Below the pieces are notes generated by a model, which worked only from the letters and a program-made list of their open reading frames with translations, did not search any database and was not told the DNA's origin. Positions 18,101 through 24,210 of a DNA stretch of 32,000 bases are shown here, one piece after another. The stretch is from an archaeon. GTDB taxonomy: Archaea; Asgardarchaeota; Thorarchaeia; Thorarchaeales; Thorarchaeaceae. The first letter of the stretch is position 1. Each line of letters starts with the position of its first letter. The position numbers and the translations under genes were made by a program. The DNA lies in contig JAJRZD010000059.1 of NCBI GenBank assembly GCA_024275415.1, positions 1-32,000 of the forward strand, given 5' to 3'.

Positions 18101-19957
18101 AGTGGAATGCTCGATATCGAATGTCCTAGTGAAGAAGCCTACGTTATGAACCTCGGCCTGTGATATAGCATCAGTGCTGAATGCCTGTACCTCCCAAAGT
18201 CCCACAGAGGCATTTGCTGCGTCCAGATTGACGAAGGGAGTGATGGCATAACCACTACCATCAACGGTTCCTTGAAGTGTGACCCACACAGAAGTATTCG
18301 GAGAGTAGACTGTGAATGTAACGACATCATTGGTGTAGGTTGGTGAGAGCGTTGCTCGGAATCTGGTGTCCTCATTGGCTCGGAATGTATGAGTCCTAGT
18401 CCATTGCGCCAGTGTGCTATCCCACACCTCAACATTTGTAATCATATTAGGCGAAGAACCCTTCAGCAGCCAGAAACCATTCTGGTTTGTTTGGGTTATC
18501 TGAAACACAGAGATATTGACTAGACCGTCCCCCGGATTCCCATAACTCCATCCTGATGTGAGATTGACAGTACGAGCGTAGGGTTGAGCAACGAAGTCAA
18601 TATCCCTATTAGATGGTAATGACACATTGAAGTAATACTTTGAAGAATAGCCACCGGGAACGGCAGCATAATGGTTGGTTTCCCAACGCACATCGGTACC
18701 ATTCTGAACTACATAGTTGTCGCCCAGAGTAAATAGCTCGGTGTTATTGATGGTGAGAACATTATACCGTCGAGCCCAGACTGTTACGCTCACATCAAGG
18801 GCGATGTTTATGTCGAGATTAGGGTCAGGCGGGTTAGGTATGGGGGTCCAAGTGAAATTAGCGAATGCCGCACCTCCAGTGAATATATTTGAGGTATCGG
18901 TGGCCGTCCCAAGTCCAAAGATTGGAGTTGATCCGGAGAAAACATCATTGACAGAAACCCCATTCATCTGCAGGTTGATATTGGATGGCGTTGCCTTCGC
19001 AGTGATATATACAACAAGGTTGTCGACACGGGCCTGAGGTTCTGTGTCGGGCCTCCACCACTCAAAGGCAGTGGTACGCAGTCCAACCCATAAGGAAATA
19101 TTCGGTAATGTCAGCGTGCTGACATCAACTGTAACATATCCAGATGAAAACCACGTTGCCGAGGCAGCCATGGAGTCAAATTCCATACTCCAGAGATAGG
19201 TCCCACCATTATCGGGGTCACCAACTGACACGAAAATCTCACAGAACCCTGTCAGTGAACTCCAAGTGATGTCGGCCCAATAGTCAAGGGAGATGCCAAT
19301 CTGAGTCACATCGCCTCTATCAATCGTAAGGTTTTGGACGGCGTATGCCTTATCACCAATGTCATACCAATAACCATAGAGCCCTCCTCCTGCGTCATAG
19401 TAATAACCATCCAGTTGAAATTGCGCGGCGCCACCTGGATTTCCTCCGGTTGAAATCCACTGAGAAGTGAACGGAGGGTTGCTTATGTTGTAGATTGATG
19501 GTTCATCATGAGTATACCAATTCCAGTCAGTATCAGCGTCAAACCCTGAGTTTGCGACCCATGTTCGATTCTCGGTAATGCTTGTGACATTAGTGAAGAC
19601 CTTATAGCCCTCCCATCCTGTACCGAGTGGCACTTGCAGGCTTGCTCCTGATGTTGTTTGTGTGCCAGAATCATAGTAGAGTTGGACATTGGAGAACGAG
19701 TCGGTTCGGTTACCATACTCTGATGCTGATAGAGAATCGCTTGTCCCAGTCATCTGCGTCGGTACATCGGAAAGTCGATATTCATAGACAGTTTCATCAG
19801 ATCCAATCTCTATGAGATCCCCAGAGTCAGTTTCATAATAGTTGGATCCATCTTCATTTGGTATCATCGCTCCTTGCTGTAATGGGAAGAGAAGTATACC
19901 GGTCAGCAATGGGAGAATGACTCCAAAAAATAGGATAATCTTCTTTCTGTGACGCAT
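12158..19957 (-). CDS. Giant (2599 aa) single-pass cell-surface glycoprotein B, paralog of A
   Basis: Signal-like MRHRKKIILFFGVILPLLTGILLFPL; same domain order as A; TM WGSIGILALFAFAALWF (~12727-12777); ~188-aa tail homologous to that of A. Its TGA overlaps the ATG of A (ATGA, 12158-12161). Confidence 0.9.
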   Translation of the reverse strand: MRHRKKIILFFGVILPLLTGILLFPLQQGAMIPNEDGSNYYETDSGDLIEIGSDETVYEYRLSDVPTQMTGTSDSLSASEYGNRTDSFSNVQLYYDSGTQTTSGASLQVPLGTGWEGYKVFTNVTSITENRTWVANSGFDADTDWNWYTHDEPSIYNISNPPFTSQWISTGGNPGGAAQFQLDGYYYDAGGGLYGYWYDIGDKAYAVQNLTIDRGDVTQIGISLDYWADITWSSLTGFCEIFVSVGDPDNGGTYLWSMEFDSMAASATWFSSGYVTVDVSTLTLPNISLWVGLRTTAFEWWRPDTEPQARVDNLVVYITAKATPSNINLQMNGVSVNDVFSGSTPIFGLGTATDTSNIFTGGAAFANFTWTPIPNPPDPNLDINIALDVSVTVWARRYNVLTINNTELFTLGDNYVVQNGTDVRWETNHYAAVPGGYSSKYYFNVSLPSNRDIDFVAQPYARTVNLTSGWSYGNPGDGLVNISVFQITQTNQNGFWLLKGSSPNMITNVEVWDSTLAQWTRTHTFRANEDTRFRATLSPTYTNDVVTFTVYSPNTSVWVTLQGTVDGSGYAITPFVNLDAANASVGLWEVQAFSTDAISQAEVHNVGFFTRTFDIEHSTSMNVKYPVDAVVSWTTNVTYGDLVLLQVRVNDSDNGDLLSGGTLNYNWAGGSGTMSDLGTGEYSVTLDTTTLPSNGQYDVSLSWSKSYYDPIVATFTINAIYTTDLFSAEAPGVDVPQGYDAELTVEFKDQTLTGIDLATISINWTLDTYTVTPDGVTPGKYLISLQTNTVPLGTYVVAITAEKDFFESRTILLSVQVRELFTSAIPSTSVLSLPVGYTTSFTITYTDTDHNTPITGAESAISSNWSAIHKSGDMNYTVTESATPGVYTVDIYSSDLDTLGVYTVVFNVEQYGVQNHTFTVTVELRTHLTSFYLVNPVDPTPYTGDISISVRYFDTDADTGIENGSIVGYNVRIDVVSDTLPGLVFTVQNGTEAGEYIIYIDASQWGSIGSQVLHIYANWTGPTVKYTNETLDVTARIIEAPTDIFIGESPVMTPYGENVTFTIIYYDLGNDTGIVNGTGAYLGNVRIYVEVLTAGQALTQQNMVITEVDYINSPGEYRIEFNTSYLSGLIGCDLRVWMNWTKGVLPYYANQSLQLTVYSTYRLTTVEWNPLPLTPYDELVNLSLTYKDVLTGNVILNAPNLTITVPGYGFTIYYDGDLTGIFFIEVDTSVWVPGENSFTVSIEWSGVPYYQNRTGISISITTRYRYTELTHGAYAPVQYGNNVTILFSYRDLDDYTTTGMNGGTLTLDASLSGFYWVTDNGDGTYSLELSTFAFAVLGYYHINVSIAYGGIRYCNDATDSFYLSVVQRRTQLTSELPDLAPYLTLANISVNYIDDSNGTGIVSANVFAECSNASTPLELNTNYWVDDLGTGEYVIRISTQALGTFGSYLVTITVNWTGAPYYVERVRDIAIEVSRREARLVVTKSPLNTPFLENVTFEFTATDGLSGSSIALTKSHLTVSYGSGTTLPDTSYSLSYDGTTYSISIDSQLITSVLVDSLLIQLDFIWGDVSPYYANATTSTQASITSRLTQSGILSTPPASYGYNMTAIITYSDYLSGSDIVGASITVECLNETSIQFWWFDNNDGTYTIRVNSSGFVKMGRYFFRANITWFGSPYYQNKTAISYSVILTPVATVLTLQTSGGSTNYLGEIVEVNVTFTEADTGIGIDGANVTSDWNTTYSTIMTITPLGNGIYQLLINTSGLDAQKYPFMINASKFIHVNKSIDVEILLAAIPVNIEVSIVPETPLWGDLITIQLNITNALNGNPIAGGVTNVTILSDTYVFTYVANGIYQTTFNSKIYDAGDYSLTIQFEKVNHEVRQFDSQLRIEKIASKIAADLTPFSTVNGDTVAVYVDYEIQSNGTDIPNGVVTFSWIGGSGSLIWSSTENRYVGQFTINDVIVGSHKILIQASSTNYRDINTQVTLEVNVIETEMVAANVVTYIEVVANNNFTVTVYLNNTDLSQPITGATLTYSLGDIIGNLTEIGNGYYSANISTLGLEIKTWILTITSSREGYAPSSIQFTIEIDDAPTEIIILTDTQIDVYYGQNATFRFNFWDVGFDEGVPGADATFLFSAFGGNLTDYDNGTYSMTIDTSLLVSSSVPYQITVSFEKDGYKFSNVIVRLLVNPIPTEIIGNEHPVIPWGDDYSQSFSYYDSLNDQWVTDAINTVFWEFGTIALSDAGNGTYFFGPDITGETTLPIGNYSLRIVLSKENYERRVMEVTLTIRPIRTTVFFESPSPSAFAGGLVILNLTYWDLDHNIPIYDATNSTEGTNAERLVDEEHQGTNGTYFFYFRLNDIGRYEIVVTLSSSNHEDSVAKVIIHAVATEEQIAAQNAFRWGSIGILALFAFAALWFRVLSIPKMLRWIRSMISTLSKGRIPSPKPVRSRRKMMLEWINEELEPIGIVKPPEDISEYSVEVETLDTERLLEELATLVGLTEADTAVLRRDLDKMKPSERGGFLNEVIRQERARRAKEIADAAEAPARAAEEAEARLSEEELADLKAQLLKMGIEESEAELMMEQARHLSKAEIQALLDQLGGMKE
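12825..18105 (-). repeat. About 17 degenerate ~100-aa beta-sandwich protein repeats in protein B
   Basis: Same consensus as in A (GTGEYSVTLDT, TPGKYLISL, GDGTYSLEL, GNGIYQLLINT, DNGTYSMTIDT etc.); 17 counted. Boundaries approximate. Confidence 0.65.
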
Positions 19958-20023
19958 TTTATTGGGACCTCCATCTAGTCTATCATCAGCTATGTTCTCT
20001 GCAAAAGCAGAGGAAGTCTTACC

Positions 20024-20034
20024 TATAAATATAC
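20024..20034. promoter_or_regulatory. TATA-box-like element in the divergent giant-protein/cupin intergenic region
   Basis: TATAAATATAC on + (GTATATTTATA on -), about 70 nt upstream of the ATG at 19957; a small IR CTCTGC-AAAA-GCAGAG (19997-20012) lies between them. Confidence 0.4.
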
Positions 20035-20132
20035 ACTGTCACAAACAGGTCAAAAAATCGAAATATATCCCGAATTTTCGAAATAGCGGTTTTCAGAACG
20101 GTACAATAATATCTGACGTACATATAGTGTGC

Positions 20133-20492
20133 ATGGTTAAAGTGAGAGTCCATAAAATAGTCAATGCAGAAATTGCAAGCAGAGCGGGGTATCAAGCTCG
20201 ATATATCGCAGATGTGCGTCTACAAAGTCCAATCGCAACTGTGGGAGTGATACAAGTCGAAATCAAACGGGGAAGGAAGACAAGTCCGCATACACATGAA
20301 CATCTTGAAGAACTGTTCATACCGCTTGGTAGGACGAAGATGGGAGTTGGCGAGTCAATCATAGAGTTGGAGCGTGGGGATGTGGTCATTGCGGAACCGG
20401 GCGAGAAGCACTGGTTCGAAACGTATCCGGACGAGGATGTGATGGTAATCGCCCTCAAACTACCCAACCTAAAGGACGACAAAATCCAATAG
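20133..20492 (+). CDS. Cupin-domain protein (119 aa)
   Basis: Cupin motifs PHTHEHLEELF and GDVVIAEPGEKHWF. Start moved from 19962 to ATG 20133 because the upstream extension covers the AT-rich divergent promoter region. Confidence 0.85.
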   Translation: MVKVRVHKIVNAEIASRAGYQARYIADVRLQSPIATVGVIQVEIKRGRKTSPHTHEHLEELFIPLGRTKMGVGESIIELERGDVVIAEPGEKHWFETYPDEDVMVIALKLPNLKDDKIQ

Positions 20493-20496
20493 GTCA

Positions 20497-20916
20497 CTAG
20501 AGTGGCTCGTCGTCATCCTCATCAAAAGATAGGTCAATCGAGCCAGGTCGCTTCTTTGACACGGTGGGTACTGCACGGAATATTGCCCTTGTGAGTAGTT
20601 TCCATTCCTGATATCTGTGGTGTCGTCCAAGCACCCCTGCAAGGGTGATCACAATGAAGACAACAGAGCCAAAAAGAACCATTTCCCAGATAGAGGAAAA
20701 GTGAGCTGAGGCGGTCATTAAAGCTACAACCGCTACAGCGGACACGATGATAGTGTTGAGATAGCAGTCACAGGTTATATTGAGTTCTGGTGGTCCCAAC
20801 TGGAAATCCTCTGGATCCGAACCCGGTGCTCGGTTCAGGTAATAGTTGAAGACTGCTGCAAGAAGCGTCCCAATTATAATAAGAGCCCCAGTAATGATAT
20901 CCATGTTATTGCACAT
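20497..20916 (-). CDS. Small hypothetical membrane protein (3 TM) with acidic C-terminus
   Basis: Three hydrophobic segments, a basic stretch, then DEDDDEPL. Starts 6 nt after the PIN gene stop; alternative start ATG 20904. Confidence 0.7.
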   Translation of the reverse strand: MCNNMDIITGALIIIGTLLAAVFNYYLNRAPGSDPEDFQLGPPELNITCDCYLNTIIVSAVAVVALMTASAHFSSIWEMVLFGSVVFIVITLAGVLGRHHRYQEWKLLTRAIFRAVPTVSKKRPGSIDLSFDEDDDEPL

Positions 20917-20922
20917 CCAGAT

Positions 20923-22731
20923 TCAATGTTCAGGTTCTGTGATCTTAAGATAGCTGAATCCATACTCTCCTTCGTATGATATCTCAGACGACTTACTCGG
21001 AGTGATTATACACACGACCGAATATGTCTTTCGAACCGTGTCATCTGCCTCAACAAGACTGAACTCTCCTTCAGTCAACGCGACCTTGTGGCCGGACTTT
21101 AACGTCTTTAACAACGGGTGCTGGGAGATATCGATCCCGACTCTGATGTGAAGCTGTTCGTTCCTAACAACAAGCATCTCCATGTCATTGACCTTCTCGA
21201 TCGTGAGGACATCCATCCAACCTTTGAACTCATCAGGGAGTTTGGACAACGGTACAGGCTTCTTGTAGGTCTTGATATTGACGGGAGATAGGTTTCCTTG
21301 CACTTCGTTGAGGATAGGTGTGATACTGTTGGTAGACCAGCCTTTCTTGACAAAGAACTTCAGTGCGTGCTCGGCGTATTTCTCAAGGGCTGCCTTGAGC
21401 TTGTCGTGTGCCGAGGATGATACTTTGTACAGCATCAGGAAAGACGAGAGTGCTGATTCTTCCTTGCCATAGGCGACACCAATCTTGTACGCTGTTTCGG
21501 CTAGCTGCCATGCGTTCTCGTAGTCATTGAACAGTACTGAATACTTGGCGATGTCATTCAGCATCGCGATTGTGACCTCTGGATACTCCAACTTGTTCTT
21601 AGTCAGTGAAAAGCCGCCCATGAACTTTCTGAGGATTTGCATCGTGACATAGAGACCCTCTGATGTTTCCATCATGTCCTCAAGTCCCAATCGCTTCAAC
21701 AGACTGTCATAGAGGCTGTAGTAATAGTCGATCTCCTCATAGTCCTCACGGATAAGTGCGATGACGATACGGACGAAGAACACGGATGCTTTCAGGGAGT
21801 CGTCTTTCACCCCTGTGAACATGAGCAGTCTGAATGCCTCATCACTAATTGCAAGGGCATCCTCAACACCTTCCCGTGTGCCACGATAAAGGTGACATAT
21901 CATATCCAGATAGTAAAGGAATAGCGTCAGGTCAGCAGCATGACCAACAAGCTTCTCATGGGTTTCGTTGTTCTCGGTGAGGGTGGACACGATGAGCAGC
22001 CGTTCGATCTCCGTCTGGACAGCCTCGATTTCTCGTGATAGCGAATCATATTTGCCCAGCTTGAAATCCTCGAACATCGTCGGGATGCCAGCCTTGATGT
22101 CCTCAAGAAAATCAAGAACGAAAAGTGGTTGTCCATGGGTCAAGTCACTGTCAAGTTGGCCTGCGGGTCTCTTTACTTCCCGCAAGACACGCATGGCATG
22201 CTCTTCGATAATCCGTATCCTTGTTACCGGGTCGTATGCCTCTCTACGAGCGATGCTGTATCGTACTTCCTCACCGTAGATACGTTCACGTAATGGAGCG
22301 AGCTTCTTCTTCATTGATTCATCATCAATGGACTCCATCAGTTCTAGGAGGAATGCAGAGCCAACGATGCCAACAATCTCCAGATTGAGGTCTTGAATAG
22401 TGTTCAAGAGTTTCAGGTCGCTGGTGACAATCTTGGAGTTCTTATTCCTCATCGCAGCTAGAACGAGTGACATGTCATTGGGTTGGGGAAGCGAGGACTC
22501 GGGACGGTTGAAGCTGCTAATCAGTTCCTTGATGTCCTTCTTGAGAGTTTCATCGATCTCGACGACCTGCTCTACCTCTCGACGGAGGTACCACCGGAGC
22601 TCTTGAAATACCTGACGTGTTACCCAAAGTTCTATCCCCAACTGATTCGCAGCTTCCTTCACTAGGAAGACATCCTTTGGACGCTCGCTGAATCCGGAAA
22701 TAAAGAAGTTTGCATCTAGATAGGCTCGCAT
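20923..22731 (-). CDS. PIN-domain protein fused to a long alpha-helical (TPR-like) region and a beta-rich C-terminus
   Basis: PIN acidic tetrad: LD6AN, VFQE44L, ND86MSLV, VTSD105. Followed by ~360 aa of helical-looking sequence and ~100 aa beta-rich end. Confidence 0.75.
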   Translation of the reverse strand: MRAYLDANFFISGFSERPKDVFLVKEAANQLGIELWVTRQVFQELRWYLRREVEQVVEIDETLKKDIKELISSFNRPESSLPQPNDMSLVLAAMRNKNSKIVTSDLKLLNTIQDLNLEIVGIVGSAFLLELMESIDDESMKKKLAPLRERIYGEEVRYSIARREAYDPVTRIRIIEEHAMRVLREVKRPAGQLDSDLTHGQPLFVLDFLEDIKAGIPTMFEDFKLGKYDSLSREIEAVQTEIERLLIVSTLTENNETHEKLVGHAADLTLFLYYLDMICHLYRGTREGVEDALAISDEAFRLLMFTGVKDDSLKASVFFVRIVIALIREDYEEIDYYYSLYDSLLKRLGLEDMMETSEGLYVTMQILRKFMGGFSLTKNKLEYPEVTIAMLNDIAKYSVLFNDYENAWQLAETAYKIGVAYGKEESALSSFLMLYKVSSSAHDKLKAALEKYAEHALKFFVKKGWSTNSITPILNEVQGNLSPVNIKTYKKPVPLSKLPDEFKGWMDVLTIEKVNDMEMLVVRNEQLHIRVGIDISQHPLLKTLKSGHKVALTEGEFSLVEADDTVRKTYSVVCIITPSKSSEISYEGEYGFSYLKITEPEH

Positions 22732-22866
22732 TAATCATGTCTCCGCTCAGATAATAATGTCTAGACTCACTCAGGAATGGTTCTGCTGAAGAGCTTGCTT
22801 GTTGGTTTTCAATGCCCATAAAGCACTTTCGCTATGAATGCTCTTGATTTCAATTCGGCATCATAC

Positions 22867-22899
22867 GGTAAAAAGATTCCTTTAGGTAAAGAGATTCCT
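22867..22899. repeat. Imperfect 15-bp direct repeat, 18-bp period; probable U-tract terminator of the GT-C gene
   Basis: GGTAAAAAGATTCCT (22867-22881) and GGTAAAGAGATTCCT (22885-22899). On the minus strand it reads as TCTCTTT and TCTTTTT tracts just downstream of the stop at 22915. Confidence 0.5.
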
Positions 22900-22914
22900 G
22901 TATGGCATGGCGGA

Positions 22915-24081
22915 TTAGGGAGGTGAAAAATCTGGGTACGTTTTGATATGACCAAAGAACTCCTGAATAGGTCCTGCAAGGAAATACTCGAAGTTGAGTA
23001 GGACTCCAAGGAAATGAGCAATTAGCAACCCGATAATCATAAAGCGATATTTCCTCATATCTTCACTATCTTTCAGATAGAACATTGGAATTACCACCCA
23101 GTAATAATACCACATAAGAACCCATGAAACAAATATCAACACCAAAGGCAACAGGAAAATGATGACCATCCTGACATCCCGTTTCCGGAGTTTAGGACGA
23201 GGAAATGGAATTCCGTGCCACGACCCTGTATCAAGGATACCATAGAGCAACACGACTACCAGTACTAAAGGTGCTAGGACTGCAACTGGGTTATTCCATA
23301 TCAGCCCGATATAGAATGGATTCTGAATGGTTGCAGCGTAGTTCGGATCACTTGTGAAATGAGAAACCAATGCGCCATACCCTACGCCTGCCAACATGAG
23401 AGGGACGAATAGGATACCGGCAACAGCTCCGAAAGCGAGAATAGTAATTGGATCCACCAGAAACATCACTGGCAATATCATAATGGGATATGCCTTTGTG
23501 TGAAATGCCAACCCTAAGAATGCGTTGCTCAACCACCTTCGCTCCTGCCTGAAAAGCGATAGAGATACTAGCCAGAAGAAATCCGCCAGTGGATCTGCCT
23601 TCCCGAATCCTACTGACATGAAGAACCCAAAGAAGTAATAGAACCCCCCCATGAACCAGAACCATTTTCGATCCCAGTAGTTCTGACCGATATACAGGAA
23701 CAAAATGATATTGAGGTGGAATATCAGGGTGAACAAGACATTCGCGATGTAGTGGGGGCCATACCATCCGGGCTCTAGAGCTGCGAGTCCAGCATAGACA
23801 AGAAGTGTTATGATAGGATATTCATATGAAACGTTCAGGACATCTGTGAGCAGATGGTCTGATGGGACTGCATACGTTTCATTCAAGTCCTTGTCAGTGC
23901 GATTGAATACCTCCAGACCCTCAATAAGAAACACTTGTCCATAGAGCATGTTTCGGTTCCGATCCCGCTCGATTATAATCGAGTCGATTACGGGAATCAG
24001 GATAAATGAAAGCGTTAGTGAAAGCAAAAGTAGATTCCGATATTTCCGGATGACCTTTCGGAGAGGAATGGTAGCTCCCAT
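22915..24081 (-). CDS. GT-C fold membrane glycosyltransferase (GT87/DUF2029, PimE/PIG-M-like)
   Basis: TM1, then an acidic extracellular loop ending in YEYP; G.AD..ADFF; LGLAFHTK.YP; about 10 TM segments. Start uncertain (24081, 24102 or 24105). Confidence 0.7.
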   Translation of the reverse strand: MGATIPLRKVIRKYRNLLLLSLTLSFILIPVIDSIIIERDRNRNMLYGQVFLIEGLEVFNRTDKDLNETYAVPSDHLLTDVLNVSYEYPIITLLVYAGLAALEPGWYGPHYIANVLFTLIFHLNIILFLYIGQNYWDRKWFWFMGGFYYFFGFFMSVGFGKADPLADFFWLVSLSLFRQERRWLSNAFLGLAFHTKAYPIMILPVMFLVDPITILAFGAVAGILFVPLMLAGVGYGALVSHFTSDPNYAATIQNPFYIGLIWNNPVAVLAPLVLVVVLLYGILDTGSWHGIPFPRPKLRKRDVRMVIIFLLPLVLIFVSWVLMWYYYWVVIPMFYLKDSEDMRKYRFMIIGLLIAHFLGVLLNFEYFLAGPIQEFFGHIKTYPDFSPP

Positions 24082-24117
24082 TTTCACATCCCATATTCCC
24101 ATCACGCCTGTGATGAA

Positions 24118-24169
24118 TTATAAAAGGGATTGGGTCGGCGTGATTGGTCCTATGACACTACTCTTAAAT
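24118..24169. promoter_or_regulatory. Back-to-back TATA-like boxes for the divergent GT-C and acyl-CoA synthetase genes
   Basis: TTTTATAA on - (24125-24118), 37 nt from ATG 24081; TTAAAT on + (24164-24169), about 42 nt from ATG 24211. Confidence 0.4.
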
Positions 24170-24210
24170 GCCACATAATCCTCACCGCGAGCATTGGAGA
24201 CAGGGATAGA

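Noticed and set aside
4408-19815. Many + strand ORFs of 60-162 aa inside the giant genes (e.g. 6297-6674, 10875-11363, 12369-12791, 16505-16921)
   Set aside because: Antisense shadows of the real minus-strand genes; no motifs or start signals.
19962-20132. 57-codon N-terminal extension of the cupin ORF
   Set aside because: Begins 5 nt from the divergent gene's start and covers the AT-rich promoter region; not cupin-like.
22809-23021. 70-aa minus-strand ORF spanning the 18-bp-period repeat (GISLPKGIFLP)
   Set aside because: Overlaps the GT-C gene 3' end out of frame; more simply terminator DNA.
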